The notes: generated by a model not told the origin, from the letters alone. Positions 51,901 to 63,510 are shown, counted from the stretch's first letter. The stretch: 64,000 nt of DNA from Raja brachyura (GCA_963514005.1 OY740782.1:150536001-150600000), one strand, 5' to 3'. A program made the numbers and translations.

Positions 51901-53347
51901 AAATGGAAATTGGTGAAATGATCTGCAATGTTGGAAACAACATTTTCTCTGCTATTTGAATTACAGAACAGGTATCCCACTAATCCGTGAACAGAGTGGG
52001 AATTGAAATCAATGGTTCAAAGGAGGGTTTGACTGACGTTCACAAGTACATTTGCATTTATTTATTTAAATTAAATGTATTTAATTAAAATTAAATTTAT
52101 TTAATTAAAATTAAATAATTTAGGTAGGTTTCGCTTGGGCCATTGAGAGTGCCCATGGCTAAACTTTTGATTTGGAGGAAGAGGGAAGAGTTTTTGTTTT
52201 ATAAATGGTTCAGAGATTATCCGATAAAATCACAGAAAATGGAAGGATAAAGGGTTTTCCATGTCGGGCTCCCGAACATAATTTGGGAGAAGACAAAATA
52301 AACAATCACAATCTTGTTCGTGAAATTTGCCCTTAAAGTGTCCATCGAACGAAACCAACTAAGGCGGTGGATGGGATTGAAATGGTAGCTCTGTTATTTA
52401 ACCACAAATAACACACTTAAAATGTCACTTTTTAACTGTATTTTGTTGTCCCATCACTCACGAAAATATACCGATCATTTGTATGCCGACAGTAATTGCA
52501 AGTAAATTCCGAAAAGCAAACCAGCCGACAAGAACATTACATTCATACCAGATTAAAAACATGTATGAGATTGCATTGGTAAGGATTACAAAGAACTGTC
52601 TCAATATAACATCGGAATTAATAAAGGTTATGTACCACAACTTCTGGAAACTAAATGTAACATTTAAATTGTAAGAATATGTTAATACTCCGTAATTAAA
52701 TACATTGGCACAGGTTTTAAATGTTTGTCTGTGTGCACCATTGCCTTAATGAATTCAATAATAATCAATTAAAATTAATGTTTATGCAACGACGCTCAGT
52801 TCAGTTTCCAGCATCTTTAAAACGAGTTTACGTTTACAATGTCATCGGCACTGAAGAACGAATGATTAACATTGTATCACTGTCCGATAGGAAACGAATA
52901 AAAAAGATACCAGTTATAAATTACAACCTGCAATCTATAAAAAATATCCGAGTTTGCTTCGTGACTTCAACAGGAAAGGGCATTAATTCATATAGAGGAA
53001 GTCTACTTTTAATGGTGAAAATGCACAATGTTGCTAAATCAATGTTTTAATTAAATAAATGCAAATGTAAATTTGAACGTCACTCAAACCCTCCTTTAAG
53101 TCATCGAGTTCAATTCGTACTCTGTTCAAGGATTAATAGGATACCCTGTTTTATAATTAAAATTAAGATAGCGGAGTCAGGGGATATGGGGAGAAGGGAG
53201 GAACAGGGTACTGATTGGGGATGATCAGCCATAATCACATTGAATGTCGGTGCTGGCTCGAAGGGCCGAATGGCCTCCTCCTGCACCTATTGTCTAAAAT
53301 AGCAGAGAACATTTTGTTTCCAACATTCCATTTCCCAATTTTTCATT
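51901..53347. repeat. Long imperfect inverted repeat in the J-C intron (arms ~51901-52070 and ~53050-53347)
   Basis: Arms align as reverse complements; the right arm is split by a CR1 tail at ~53164-53295; each arm has an octamer (52050-52057, 53059-53066). Confidence 0.8.
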
Positions 53348-53599
53348 ATTTTTTACCGTAACTATTCGTAAAACTGACATTTGTCATTAGCAATTTACTA
53401 AATAGAGGAACATTTTATGTTTAAATGACATTGGGAGCCAGAGACAAACACAAATTCAAATTCTCTTTCTAATAAATCCATGGATTAAAAGTTATTCCCA
53501 AACTACAGCTGTTCCCAAATCTCCCCATTTTATATTCAACGCATTTTCCAAATGGGTAAACTCGTGATCTTTGATATAAACAGAGCGATGGGGTCATTG

Positions 53600-53880
53600 G
53601 GCTAGGTTCAGTTTCGATTAGAGATATAGCATAGAAATAGATCCTTCTAACAACCAAATCCAGGGCGACACACAAGTTCCACGTTATCGCACTAGCGCAT
53701 CCACCCCCGACCCACTAGGGTCAATCACCCGGGTCAATTAACCTGCAAACCTGCACTCTTTTGGGTTGTGGGTGGAAAGCAGAGCACCAGTAAGAAACCA
53801 CAGGGACAACGCACAGTTCTCACAGTCTGCGCCTGATTTCGGGAACGATGTCGGGTCTCTGGCGCTACCAGCTGTCATTC
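53600..53880 (-). mobile_element. Degenerate SINE (HE1/V-SINE-like)
   Basis: caattaacctgcaaacctgcac...cacagggacaacgcaca core resembles elasmobranch SINEs as recalled. Confidence 0.45.
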
Positions 53881-54332
53881 GGCTCCCCTCTATGGGATTT
53901 GTCTTTCGCCACAGGCTGCGTGACCCTCTAGGTGTTTGCAACATTTACTGTTCCTATTTATCATTTCTAGTAATTTATTCTTATTTTTATTTTTAAACAT
54001 ATATCTTCTTTGCGTTTATTGAAATAACATAATCCGACACTTCATACAACAGCAATACCCGGTCGCTGCCACTAGAATTGAACGTACAAACACGTCAAAT
54101 TTGTGCAACAATATCGTCTCCCGCAATGACCGGCTGAATCATACCGCCGATGGGATGAATTGCATAACACACATTTGCTGAAACTCTTCACAAAAATCCA
54201 AACAGCTCTGTCCAAAGACCACCAGAATTCATTGTCCCAATGACCACCACGCCAATCATTGTTGAAATAACGACGAATAACACAATACACATGGATTACA
54301 TAGATAACATTCCAATATAATGTGAATTTCCT

Positions 54333-54408
54333 TCAGTTCCTCCGTCACCCTAGTTCCTCTGTCCCCTAGTACACCCGGTACATTGCTATTCTATACATCG
54401 CGTTTCAC
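54333..54408 (-). pseudogene. Putative degenerate second JH segment
   Basis: TAC TAG GGG ACAGA GGA ACT AGG GTG ACG resembles YWGQGTRVT; heptamer-like TACATTG plus 23 nt similar to the JH spacer. Confidence 0.4.
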
Positions 54409-54972
54409 GGACTTAGCTTTGCTGTATCATTGGTTCACATGGCCAACTCATTGTACTTCAATATAGATTAAAAAAAAGTTTGCAGTAACTCAGCGGGACA
54501 GGCAGAGTTACTCCAGCTTTTTGTGTCAATCGCCAGCATAAATCAGCATCCACAGTTCCTTCCTATTCATTCTACTTCAAGATATATAACTGCGCAATTA
54601 ACCCCGACGCTGAGCCTTGCATTTCTGTGTTTTGCTGCAAGAACATTTTACTTCTTCCATGCAAGTTTTGTTAGCGATTGGATTAAAGGCGGCAAGGTGA
54701 TTCCACCAATTAATACATACACTTTAAAAACTTGAAAATGTTACACCCATGATTTATCCGTTTCTGTCGTTTGTTTCATATGCGCCGATAAGAAACAAAC
54801 TGAGACAAAGTACCTGCTGTTGATCAGAAAATACAGTTCGATGCATCACAGATCAAGGACCACAACAATCTCAAACAATTAGAAAGCACAGTGAAAGCAA
54901 ATTGATGCACATTTTCCCGCTAATTTGGAACTAAACCGCATCCGTTTCATAGTCAAAGGATCGAACGTCAGC

Positions 54973-55302
54973 ACATAGAAACATAGAAAATAGGTGCAGG
55001 AGTAGGCCATTCGGCCCTTCGATATGATCATGGCTGATCATCCAACTCAGTATCCTGTACCTGCCTTCTCTCCATACCCCCTGATCCCTTTAGCCACAAG
55101 GGCCACATCTAACTCCCTCTTAAATATAGCCAACGAACTGACCTCAACTACCTTCTGTGGCAGAGAATTCCACAGATTCATCACTCTCGGTGTAAAAAAT
55201 GATTTTCTCATCTCGGTCCTAAAAGATTTTCCCCTTATCCTTAAACTGTGACCCCTTGTTCTGGACTTCCCCAACATCGGGAACAATCTTCCTGCATCTA
55301 GC
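54973..55302 (-). mobile_element. CR1 3' fragment in the J-C intron
   Basis: LDAGRLFPMLGKSRTRGHSLRI.. plus tail. Confidence 0.85.
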
Positions 55303-55471
55303 GGTAATCTCACTGGAGCGGAATCACATAACATTCTAAATCACAACATCGATCCAACATTGCAATGAATGGGTAATTAATGTAGAAGAACAATTTAATA
55401 CAATTATTGGAAATAGCGAGTAAAATTACAACTGGATACATCTAGATACTGAATAGGATGAAGTTTCTTAC

Positions 55472-55516
55472 CGCTGGTTACCGTCACCATGGTGCCTCCT
55501 CCCCAGTAGCCAGGAT
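55472..55516 (-). CDS. IGHJ: Ig JH segment
   Basis: PGYWGGGTMVTVTS followed by G|GTAAG donor. Confidence 0.95.
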
Positions 55517-55555
55517 CACGGTGTTACATTCTATGGGTCTTCTCACACAATAACA
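55517..55555 (+). promoter_or_regulatory. JH RSS (23-bp spacer)
   Basis: CACGGTG-23-ACAATAACA. Confidence 0.9.
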
Positions 55556-55883
55556 TGATCTGCACCAGGCAGGCAAAAAAGAACAAAACTCCTGTAAATT
55601 ATTCGTATTTCACATCTAAGGCGAATGCCTTATTGCTCTTTGAAAACAATGAATGCGTTAAAAAAATCATTTCCAACAATAATCAGGTAACACGGCGCCG
55701 TGTATTAAACAGGGCAGCGAAATGTGATAAGAATCATCTACATATAAAATATAAATTACCTCAAGTTACCTATACAATAAAATGTGCAGAAATATTCCTG
55801 GACATGTTTATGGTCTTGTTGTATGAAATATTGAATTGAAAATATCATATACTAGCCCAGATCACAGTATTATGGGTTGTGGA

Positions 55884-55950
55884 TGTTTTTGTATTGGTAG
55901 GAACCGCTGTGCCACCCATATACACAGTGAAACATGTCATGTCAAATACT
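55884..55950 (-). other. IGHD: DH2 segment (coding 55912-55922, TATATGGGTGG) with 12/12 RSSs
   Basis: 5' RSS CACAGTG-12-TCAAATACT; 3' RSS CACAGCG-12-ACAAAAACA. Confidence 0.9.
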
Positions 55951-56194
55951 TCGCTCTTCAAGAACTGATGCATGTACTGCTCACAGAGGATATGATCCCA
56001 GGGTACTCTTGGCTCTCACTTATAAAGCTAAACGATGTTCTTCTAAAGCTCATATAAAATAACGTGAATTGGTCGGAAGACAGTTGGACATTTCTCAAAA
56101 CAATCCATGTAACTTTGCTTTTGAATTTGAATTTGCTTCACTCGGCCTCTCCTACGGTGCTTGTGGGTTCGAACAGGAGAAAACTAGGTGTGGA

Positions 56195-56272
56195 GGTTTT
56201 TGTACGGGGAAGTCGCTGTATGCAGCACCGTGACCCACTGTATACACAGTGAGACAGACCCGCACAAAAACC
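56195..56272 (-). other. IGHD: DH1 segment (coding 56233-56244, TATACAGTGGGT) with 12/22 RSSs
   Basis: 5' RSS CACAGTG-12-ACAAAAACC; 3' RSS CACGGTG-22-ACAAAAACC. Confidence 0.93.
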
Positions 56273-56618
56273 TCCCATACAGTTCACACTCAGGTTTCAT
56301 TTGAAATGGCCTTCGACACGATTTAAAATGGTCCAGCAATTCACAGAGAACACAGTGAATGTACACAACACCAACAATCCCCCTTCATCTCACTTGCCTA
56401 ATGGAATGAGCATATTTTCCTGGTCCATGATTTTGCACAACGCTATCGGTATGCGTGAAGCAAATTATAAACCTCACACGAATGCGCTGGTTACATTTTT
56501 GAATATCGTGTTGGATTTGTGAATGGTAGTTTGCACTCCATTTCCCGACTTATTATAGCTGTTGAAATAATTGCTCACCTCTCGTCTTTGATGGTAAATG
56601 CTGGACTTCCCAACGTGC

Positions 56619-56657
56619 CGTTCTTGTACGGGTCTGACACTGAATCCTCACACTGTG
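56619..56657 (-). promoter_or_regulatory. VH RSS (23-bp spacer)
   Basis: CACAGTG-23-ACAAGAACG. Confidence 0.92.
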
Positions 56658-56958
56658 TCTCTCGCACAGTAATACACAGCGGTGTCTTCGATCCTCAGGT
56701 TCCTGGCGATCACGGTGAACATATTCGAACTGTCTTTGGACGGAGTAAATCGGCTCTTTATCCCTGGAGCGTAGTACTCGTTACCAGAACCGTAGTAGGT
56801 AAGCAGCCACTCCAGCCCCTGCCCGGGGACCTGACGGACCAAATGCATCCAGGTGCTGCTAAGAGTGAACCCGCTGGTTTTACAGGTCAGTGTGATGGAG
56901 CCTCCAGGAACAGCGGTCCCTGTCTTGGGCTGAGTTAGAACGATATCGGAATGAACAC
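56658..56958 (-). CDS. IGHV: Ig VH exon
   Basis: [52 protein letters not shown]...RFTPSKD...[10 protein letters not shown]; open frame, acceptor ttgcag. Confidence 0.96.
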
Positions 56959-57133
56959 CTGCAAGTTAAAAAAGGCATGAATGGTGAGAATAAATTATTG
57001 ACCATGAATCCCCCGACTCTAATTATCAATAGGAAATAAATTGGGAGGGTTCTAGAGTGGGTAGAAGGGGAACGGTGTAGTGGATATACCACTGAGAAAC
57101 TTGCGTGAGGAATTTGTCCAACTCATTACTCAC

Positions 57134-57179
57134 GGACTATTAGCGCCAGGAACAGACTCAGTGAAACTGCCGACCTCAT
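57134..57179 (-). CDS. IGHV: Ig VH leader exon
   Basis: MRSAVSLSLFLALIV + 1 nt, donor GTGAGT; 46 nt, phase 1. Confidence 0.92.
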
Positions 57180-57269
57180 CCCGCTGGGAAGTGTGACCCG
57201 GTTTGTTTCTGTACAGAACCTCGCAACAAACCAACTGCAAGGAAGTTGGACTTCGGACCATCTTAGAGA

Positions 57270-57342
57270 GATTTAAATACCCGGCAAAAGAGGGTGCGGC
57301 TTTGGGCGGGACTTGTAAACCGAGAGGTGCAGTGGGCGGAAC
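57270..57342 (-). promoter_or_regulatory. Putative VH promoter (TATA-like TATTTAAA, two GC boxes, no octamer)
   Basis: TATTTAAA ~95 nt upstream of the ATG; GGGCGG at ~57304 and ~57334. Confidence 0.5.
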
Positions 57343-57617
57343 TGAGACACGGCTCCCAACTCAACAGCAAGATGGACTCACGCTTTCACATCTATTAACT
57401 GATACAGATGCACAAGAGGTTAATAAAACAGCGTGCTTTTCCGCCCCTTACACAATATAAACTCATGGTATAGTTGTAAATAAGATGGTGGAAAGATTGT
57501 GCAGATTTTTCTTAAAATATGTTCGGAATTCCTCAAATTTATATTAAAATGCGTCTGGGTGTGCGTGTGCTTGCGTGTGTGAGAGAGAGGAGGTGAGAAA
57601 AAATATTTGAACAAGAA

Positions 57618-57697
<80 letters not shown>
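57618..57697. repeat. (GACA)n microsatellite
   Basis: Direct reading. Confidence 0.95.
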
Positions 57698-57714
57698 CTG
57701 CCTTCATTGTTAGG

Positions 57715-57895
57715 TAGACACAAAATGCTGGAGAAACTCAGCGGGACAGGCAGCATCTTTGGAGACAAGGAATGTGTGACGTTTTGGGTCGAGACTCTTC
57801 TTCAGACCTCCAGAGATACTGCCTGTCCCGCTGAGTTACTCCAGGATTTTGTGTCTAGCTTCCATTGGAAGCAGCATCTGCAGTTCTTTCCTACA
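57715..57895. mobile_element. Short palindromic Penelope-like terminal-repeat element
   Basis: cacaaaatgctggagaaactcagcgggacaggcagcatct and its reverse complement; degenerate hammerhead core. Confidence 0.6.
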
Positions 57896-57952
57896 CATTC
57901 CAATATCAAGATACATGTATTTGTCACATGTCCTCCATATCCCAATGTTCAA

Positions 57953-59941
57953 TAGATTCAGGGGGAGTTCCTGTGGATTGGAGGATAGCTAATGTTATCC
58001 CACTTTTCAAGAAAGGAGCGAGAGAGAAAACGGGGAATTACAGACCAGTTAGCCCGACTTCGGTGGTGGGAAAGATACTGGAGTCAATTATTAAAGAGGC
58101 AATAATGGGGCATTTGTATAGCAATAAAAGTATTAGTCCAAGTCAACATGGATTGATGAAAGGGAAATCATGCTTGACTAATCTTCTGGAATTTTTTGAG
58201 GATGTGACAAGTAAAATGGATGAAGTGGTGCCAGTGGATATAATGTAACTAGACTTTCAGAAAGCCTTTGATAATGTCCCGCATGGGAGACTGGTGACTA
58301 AAATTGGAGCACATGGTATTAGGGGTAGGGTGTTGACATGGATAGGAAATTGGTTGGCAGAACGGAAGCAAAGAGTAGGAGTGAATGGGTCCCTTGCAGA
58401 ATGACAGGCAGTGGCGAGTGGAGTGCCGCAAGGCTCGGTGTTGGAGCCGCAACTGTTTACCATATATAGTAATGATTTGGAAGAGGGAATTAGGAGCAAC
58501 ACTAGCAAGTTTGCGGATGACACAAAGCTGGATGGCAGTGTGAACTGTGAAGAGGATGTTTGGAGGTTGCAGGGTGACGTGGACAGGTTGAGTGAGTGGG
58601 CAGATGCGTGGCAGATGCAGTACAATATAGATAAATGTGAAGTTATCCACTTTGGCGGCAAAAACAAGGGGGCAGATTATTATCTCAATGGGGTTAGGTT
58701 AGGTAAGGGGGAGGTGCAGCGAGACCTGGGTGTTCTTGTGCACCAGTCACTGGAAGTTGCATGCAGGTACAGCAGACAGTGAAGAAAGCTAATGGAATGT
58801 TGGCCTTCGTAACAAGAGGATTTCAGTATAGGAGTAAAGAGGTTCTTCTGCAGTTGTATAAGGCTCTGGTGAGACCACATCTGGAGTATTGTGTACAGTT
58901 TTGGTCTCCTAATTTGAGGAAGGACATCCTTGTGATTGAGGCAGTACAACGTAGGTTCATGGGATTGATCCCTGGGATGGTGGGACTGTCATATGAGGAA
59001 AGATTGAAAAGACTAGGCTTGTATTCACTGGAGTTTAGAAGTATGAGTGGAGATCTTATAGAAACATATAAAATTATAAAAGGACTGGACAAGGTAGATG
59101 CAGGAAAAATGTTGCCAATGTTGGGCGAGTCCAGAACCAGGGGCCACAGTCTTAGAATAAAGGGGAGGTCATTTAAGACTGAGGTGAGAAAAAACCTTTT
59201 CACCAGAGAGTTATGAGTTTGTGGAATTCCCTGCCACAGAGGGCAGTTAAGGCCAAATCACTGGATGGATTTAAGAGAGATTTAGATAGAGCTCGAGGGG
59301 CTAGTGGAATCAAGGAATATGGGGAGAAGGCAGGCACGGGTTATTGATAAGAAACATAGAAATTAGGTGCAGGAGTAGGCCATTCAGCCCTTCGAGCCTG
59401 GTCCGCCATATCCTTGTTCCCCATGATCAACTCACCTGATTCTGACTGCAAGGGACCTACCTTTGTTTTAACTAATCTCTTTCTCTTCACATATCTATAA
59501 AAGCTTTTGCAGTCAGTTTTTATGTTCCCTGCCAGTTTTCTTTCATAATCTCTTTTTCCTTTCCTAATCAAGCCCTTTGTCCTCCTCTGCTGGTGTCTGA
59601 ACGTCTCCCAGTCCTCTGGTATGCTGCTTTTTCTGGCTACTTTGTACGCATCGTCCTTTGATACTATCCCTGATTTCCCTTGTTATCCACGGATGCACTA
59701 CCTTCCCTGATTTATTCTTTTGCCAAACTGGCATGAACATTTTTTGTAGTTCATCCATGCAGTCTTTAAATGTCTTCCATTGCGTATCCACCGTCAACCC
59801 TTTTAGAATTGATTGCCAGTCAATCTTGGCCAATTCACGATAGGGGACGATCAGCCATGATCACAGTGAATGGCCGTGCTGGATAGAAGGGCCAAACGGC
59901 CTCCTCCTGCACCTATTTTCTATGTTTCCATGTTTCTATGT
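57953..59941 (+). mobile_element. CR1 LINE RT half, with an antisense internally deleted CR1 at ~59350-59839
   Basis: DWRIANVIPLFKKG, NYRPVS, GVPQGSVL, FADD, 3' tail. Confidence 0.9.
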
Positions 59942-60049
59942 CCCAGTTGGTACAGTGAAATGTGTGGTCACCACACAGCCCTACAGATAAAATGTCAATA
60001 CTGAGAGTTGTTACATAATTTGCTATATTTATTTGCTATATGCTATATC

Positions 60050-60233
60050 TTGCTATATTTAAGAGGGCGTTAGATGTGGCACTTGTGGCTAAAGGGATCA
60101 GGGGGTATGGAGAGAAGGCAGGTACGGGATACTGAGTTGGATGATCAGCCATGATCACATTGAATGGCGGTGCAGGCTCGAAGGGCCGAATGGCCTACTC
60201 CTGCACCTATTTTCTATGTTTCTATGTTTCTAT
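60050..60233 (+). mobile_element. CR1 3' tail fragment
   Basis: Near-identical to 47357-47538. Confidence 0.8.
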
Positions 60234-61360
60234 AAAAGGCAGAAGAGGAAATAGATACAAAGCAAACACAAAATTCTATTAAAATGTCATTAAGAGATCG
60301 GAAGGAAATTAATGGATGGCATAGTGCAGGAGGGGAATTGTAGATCGGTGCAGTGATTGGAGAAATTATCGGCATTAGGGATGATTCATGCGGTGTTGAT
60401 TTTCAGATGCTGCTTCCAAAGGGCAAAGTTGAATGAAGGCACATTCAAACCAATCAATCAATGAGCATATTTGTTGGATAGTGTTTCAATGATTCAGACT
60501 GCACTGGTTGGGCGGATGGTATCGAAAAATCTAATAGAGATATCTGAAGAAGAATCCACTAGAGTTATCTGAGGAGATAGATAAAAACAGTAGTTAACCG
60601 ATTTGTGAGGAAAACACGAGGAGTGTCGAACATTTAAGGTGCATGCGGGCAATTAAAGTTTCCCACGTTCCAACATAGTATTCTTCTATGACTTGAATTT
60701 TAATTCATCATTGTATTTTCTATGCATCTGTGAATTTGTCACGTGTAGCATTCATATGTATGCAGAGAATGTTATTGATCCCAGCCATTGTTGGTAAATA
60801 AAGGGATATGATACATGTTCTCAGTTAACCTAGCTTTGTAGAAAATATTATTGACCAACATCATGCATATGCACTTCAACCTTATTTTTACAAGAGAACG
60901 TTGACAATTTAAAATAAATGTCTCTGATGTAATCTGTTCGGAGATTTGCATTTCTTTCTCACTTTATCTGTTTGCGGCCTCTGGGGAAACATTGATTCTG
61001 TTTCTGTCCTTCAGTGAACGAACCTGGGTCTGGGGCTGTTGAAATCAGCCTTTATTTAAATCAGCTCATCTCTGTTTCCAGCCATTTTTAGAGCAACACA
61101 AACAAGGCAATGAAGATATAATTATCAACGGTGATTATATGTTTTAACGATATTGGCAGTTGGCGCGAATCAAAGGAATTCTCCGAGGGAGTTTATTTTA
61201 TCATATCTTGTTCAAATAAAATGATGTGGTTTTATATTACGGATTCACTTTGAATATTATTTTGTTGTCCACTTGAATCTCCACTTGAAGAAATGTCTAA
61301 GCACGTGAGGTCAATGGAGGAATCGAGTTCTTTCCACACCTCCACTGTAGGCTTTTCATT

Positions 61361-61604
61361 AACACACATACACTTACGCACACACACTCACACGCACGCA
61401 CAAACTTACACATACACACACTCACAAACGCGCACACACACACACACAAAATTACACATACACACTCACAAACGCGCACACACACACGTACGCATGCATA
61501 CACACTCACACACATAGCAGCACACACACACTCGCATTCACAAACACACACACGTAGGCATGCACAAATACACACACGAACACACACACACACAGCAGCA
61601 CACA
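61361..61604. repeat. Degenerate (CA)n tract
   Basis: Direct reading. Confidence 0.9.
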
Positions 61605-61606
61605 TT

Positions 61607-62100
61607 CAGGCCCGTACGAAGCTTTTCAAACAGGGGGGTGGCATGACAGGGTTACAAAAAATGTATGTGAAGTAATGTGCGCACAGAGCACATCACGAGC
61701 GTGAAGGCCCTCGCGGCCGGGGTTTTAGATGATATCTGTTGCACTCTGAGCCTTATTTTGGAGTATTTTTGCACCAAATTTATGACCAATATTTCAGAAA
61801 TAATTTTGGTGGAGTCAAGATTAATAATTGCAGAGCTGCTAAGTTTCTCCGAGAAATTCCATATTTTGATGGCTGAAAATCAGTATTTTGTTGGGGAAAT
61901 CGGTATTTCTCACTTAAATGCAATGGAACGTACAACATAGAAACTAGATTTTTGAAAATCAGTGGTTTGCATGCAACCTCATGTATTCTCAAATATCATT
62001 ATGGAATACTGAAAATCAGTACTACTGCATTGTGAAACCATTTTTGAAATGTGAATTTATAATTCTTGATTTTGATTCCATAAGATAAAAATATATAATA
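61607..62100. mobile_element. hAT-like element end, direct copy of 29148-29635
   Basis: CAGGCCCGTACGAAGCTTTTCAAA start and ~490 bp of colinear similarity. Confidence 0.75.
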
Positions 62101-62550
62101 ATATACATATTTGACCCCCATGTCGCCCCTGGATTTTGGAATATTCAATTGAAATATCTCCTGATCAAATTTGTGATGTATATGACCAACTGTAGAAGTT
62201 AAACCTGGATAAATCCAACGTATAGTTGTGAATGTTGCTCAATAAATAACTAGAGCACTGATATTCCATATTAAGAGCACTGATTTGCTGTTAAAATGAA
62301 TTCCATAATAACGTGTCAACGGTAGCTGTGACAATCGAACACTGCGGTTTTAATGTTTCACGTGTTCACAATTTAATAATCCATCTTAATAGATTAAATC
62401 AAATAATAACATTGGGAATTAAAACACACTTGATTGTATTCCGCTATCAAACATAGTCAATGTTCGCTCTGAAGACATTTCCAGCACAGCAGGGTCGGTG
62501 GGTGGGTGAATCAGAGCAGGATGGATAGATAGCGGGGGGTTGAGAGGGCA

Positions 62551-62768
62551 ATCAATAGACAATAGGTGCAGGAGTAGACCATTAGGCCCTTCGAGCCAGC
62601 ACCGCCATTCAACGTGATCACGGCTGATCATCCCCAATCAGTACCCCGTCCCTGCCTTCTCCCACTATCCCCTGACTCCACTATTTTTAAGAACACTATC
62701 TAGCTCGCTCTTGAAAGCATCCAGGGAACCTGCCTCCACCGCCCTCTGAGGCAGATAATTCCACAGAC
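62551..62768 (-). mobile_element. CR1 3' tail fragment
   Basis: caataggtgcaggagtagaccatt... Confidence 0.8.
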
Positions 62769-62859
62769 GGTGCCGAATGGATGGATTGAGGCAGGGGAAT
62801 TAGTGCGTGTCGGTTGGATTAGGTAAAATTGTGAGGCGGGAGGGGCGGGGGATTTCAGT

Positions 62860-63330
62860 GGCTATCAGTACGGGATGGATTGGGGGGGAAGACTCATTAC
62901 AGGATGCATTGGGGGGGTTCAGTGCAGGATGAATGGGGGGGTCAGTACAGGATGAATGGGGGGGATCAGAACAGGATGGATGGGGGGGGACAGTGCAGGA
63001 TGGGGGCGAGGTCAGTGCAGGATCGAAGGGGGTATCAGTACAGGATTAATGGGGAGATTAGTGCAGGATGAATGGGTAGTTATTTACAAGATGGATGGGG
63101 TGATCAGTGCAGGATGAATGGAGGGGGGACAGTACAGGATGGATTGGGAGATAGTGCAGGATGAATGGAGGGGGGGGTCAGTACAGGACGAATGGGGGAA
63201 GCAGTGCAGGATGGATGGGAAAGGGGGTCAGTGCAGGATGAATTGGGGGTCCATTGTGGGATGGATGGGGGATGGCAGGAGAATCAATGTGAGGTGGATA
63301 GGGAGATCAGTGCAGGATGTATAGATGTGT
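62860..63330. repeat. G-rich ~22-24 bp minisatellite (cagtgcaggatgaatgggggg)
   Basis: Roughly 20 imperfect units. Confidence 0.8.
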
Positions 63331-63471
63331 GTGGGGGGGAGCACAGGGGATGTCAGTGAGGACTGAATAGAGGCGGGAATTGGGGTCAGCGGGTCAGGCA
63401 GCATCTCGGGAGCAAAGGAATAAGTGACGTGAGAGTCGGGGTCCCAGGATAACGGGGGTGGAGGGCGCACA

Positions 63472-63510
<39 letters not shown>

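Larger units (their letters stand above)
43709..57179 (-). other. IGHM: Complete germline (unrearranged) IgM heavy-chain cluster L-V-D1-D2-J-CH1-4-Sec-TM1-TM2
   Basis: All segments present in order, with open frames, phase-compatible splice sites and 12/23-compatible RSSs. Confidence 0.95.

Noticed and set aside
43709-57179. IgW or IgNAR identity, or a germline-joined cluster
   Set aside because: Four C exons with a mu-type CH4 and tailpiece, a conventional VH, and separate RSS-flanked V, D and J segments
44639-60951. Isolated octamers at 44639 and 60944
   Set aside because: Single 8-mers in AT-rich DNA are expected by chance and have no supporting context
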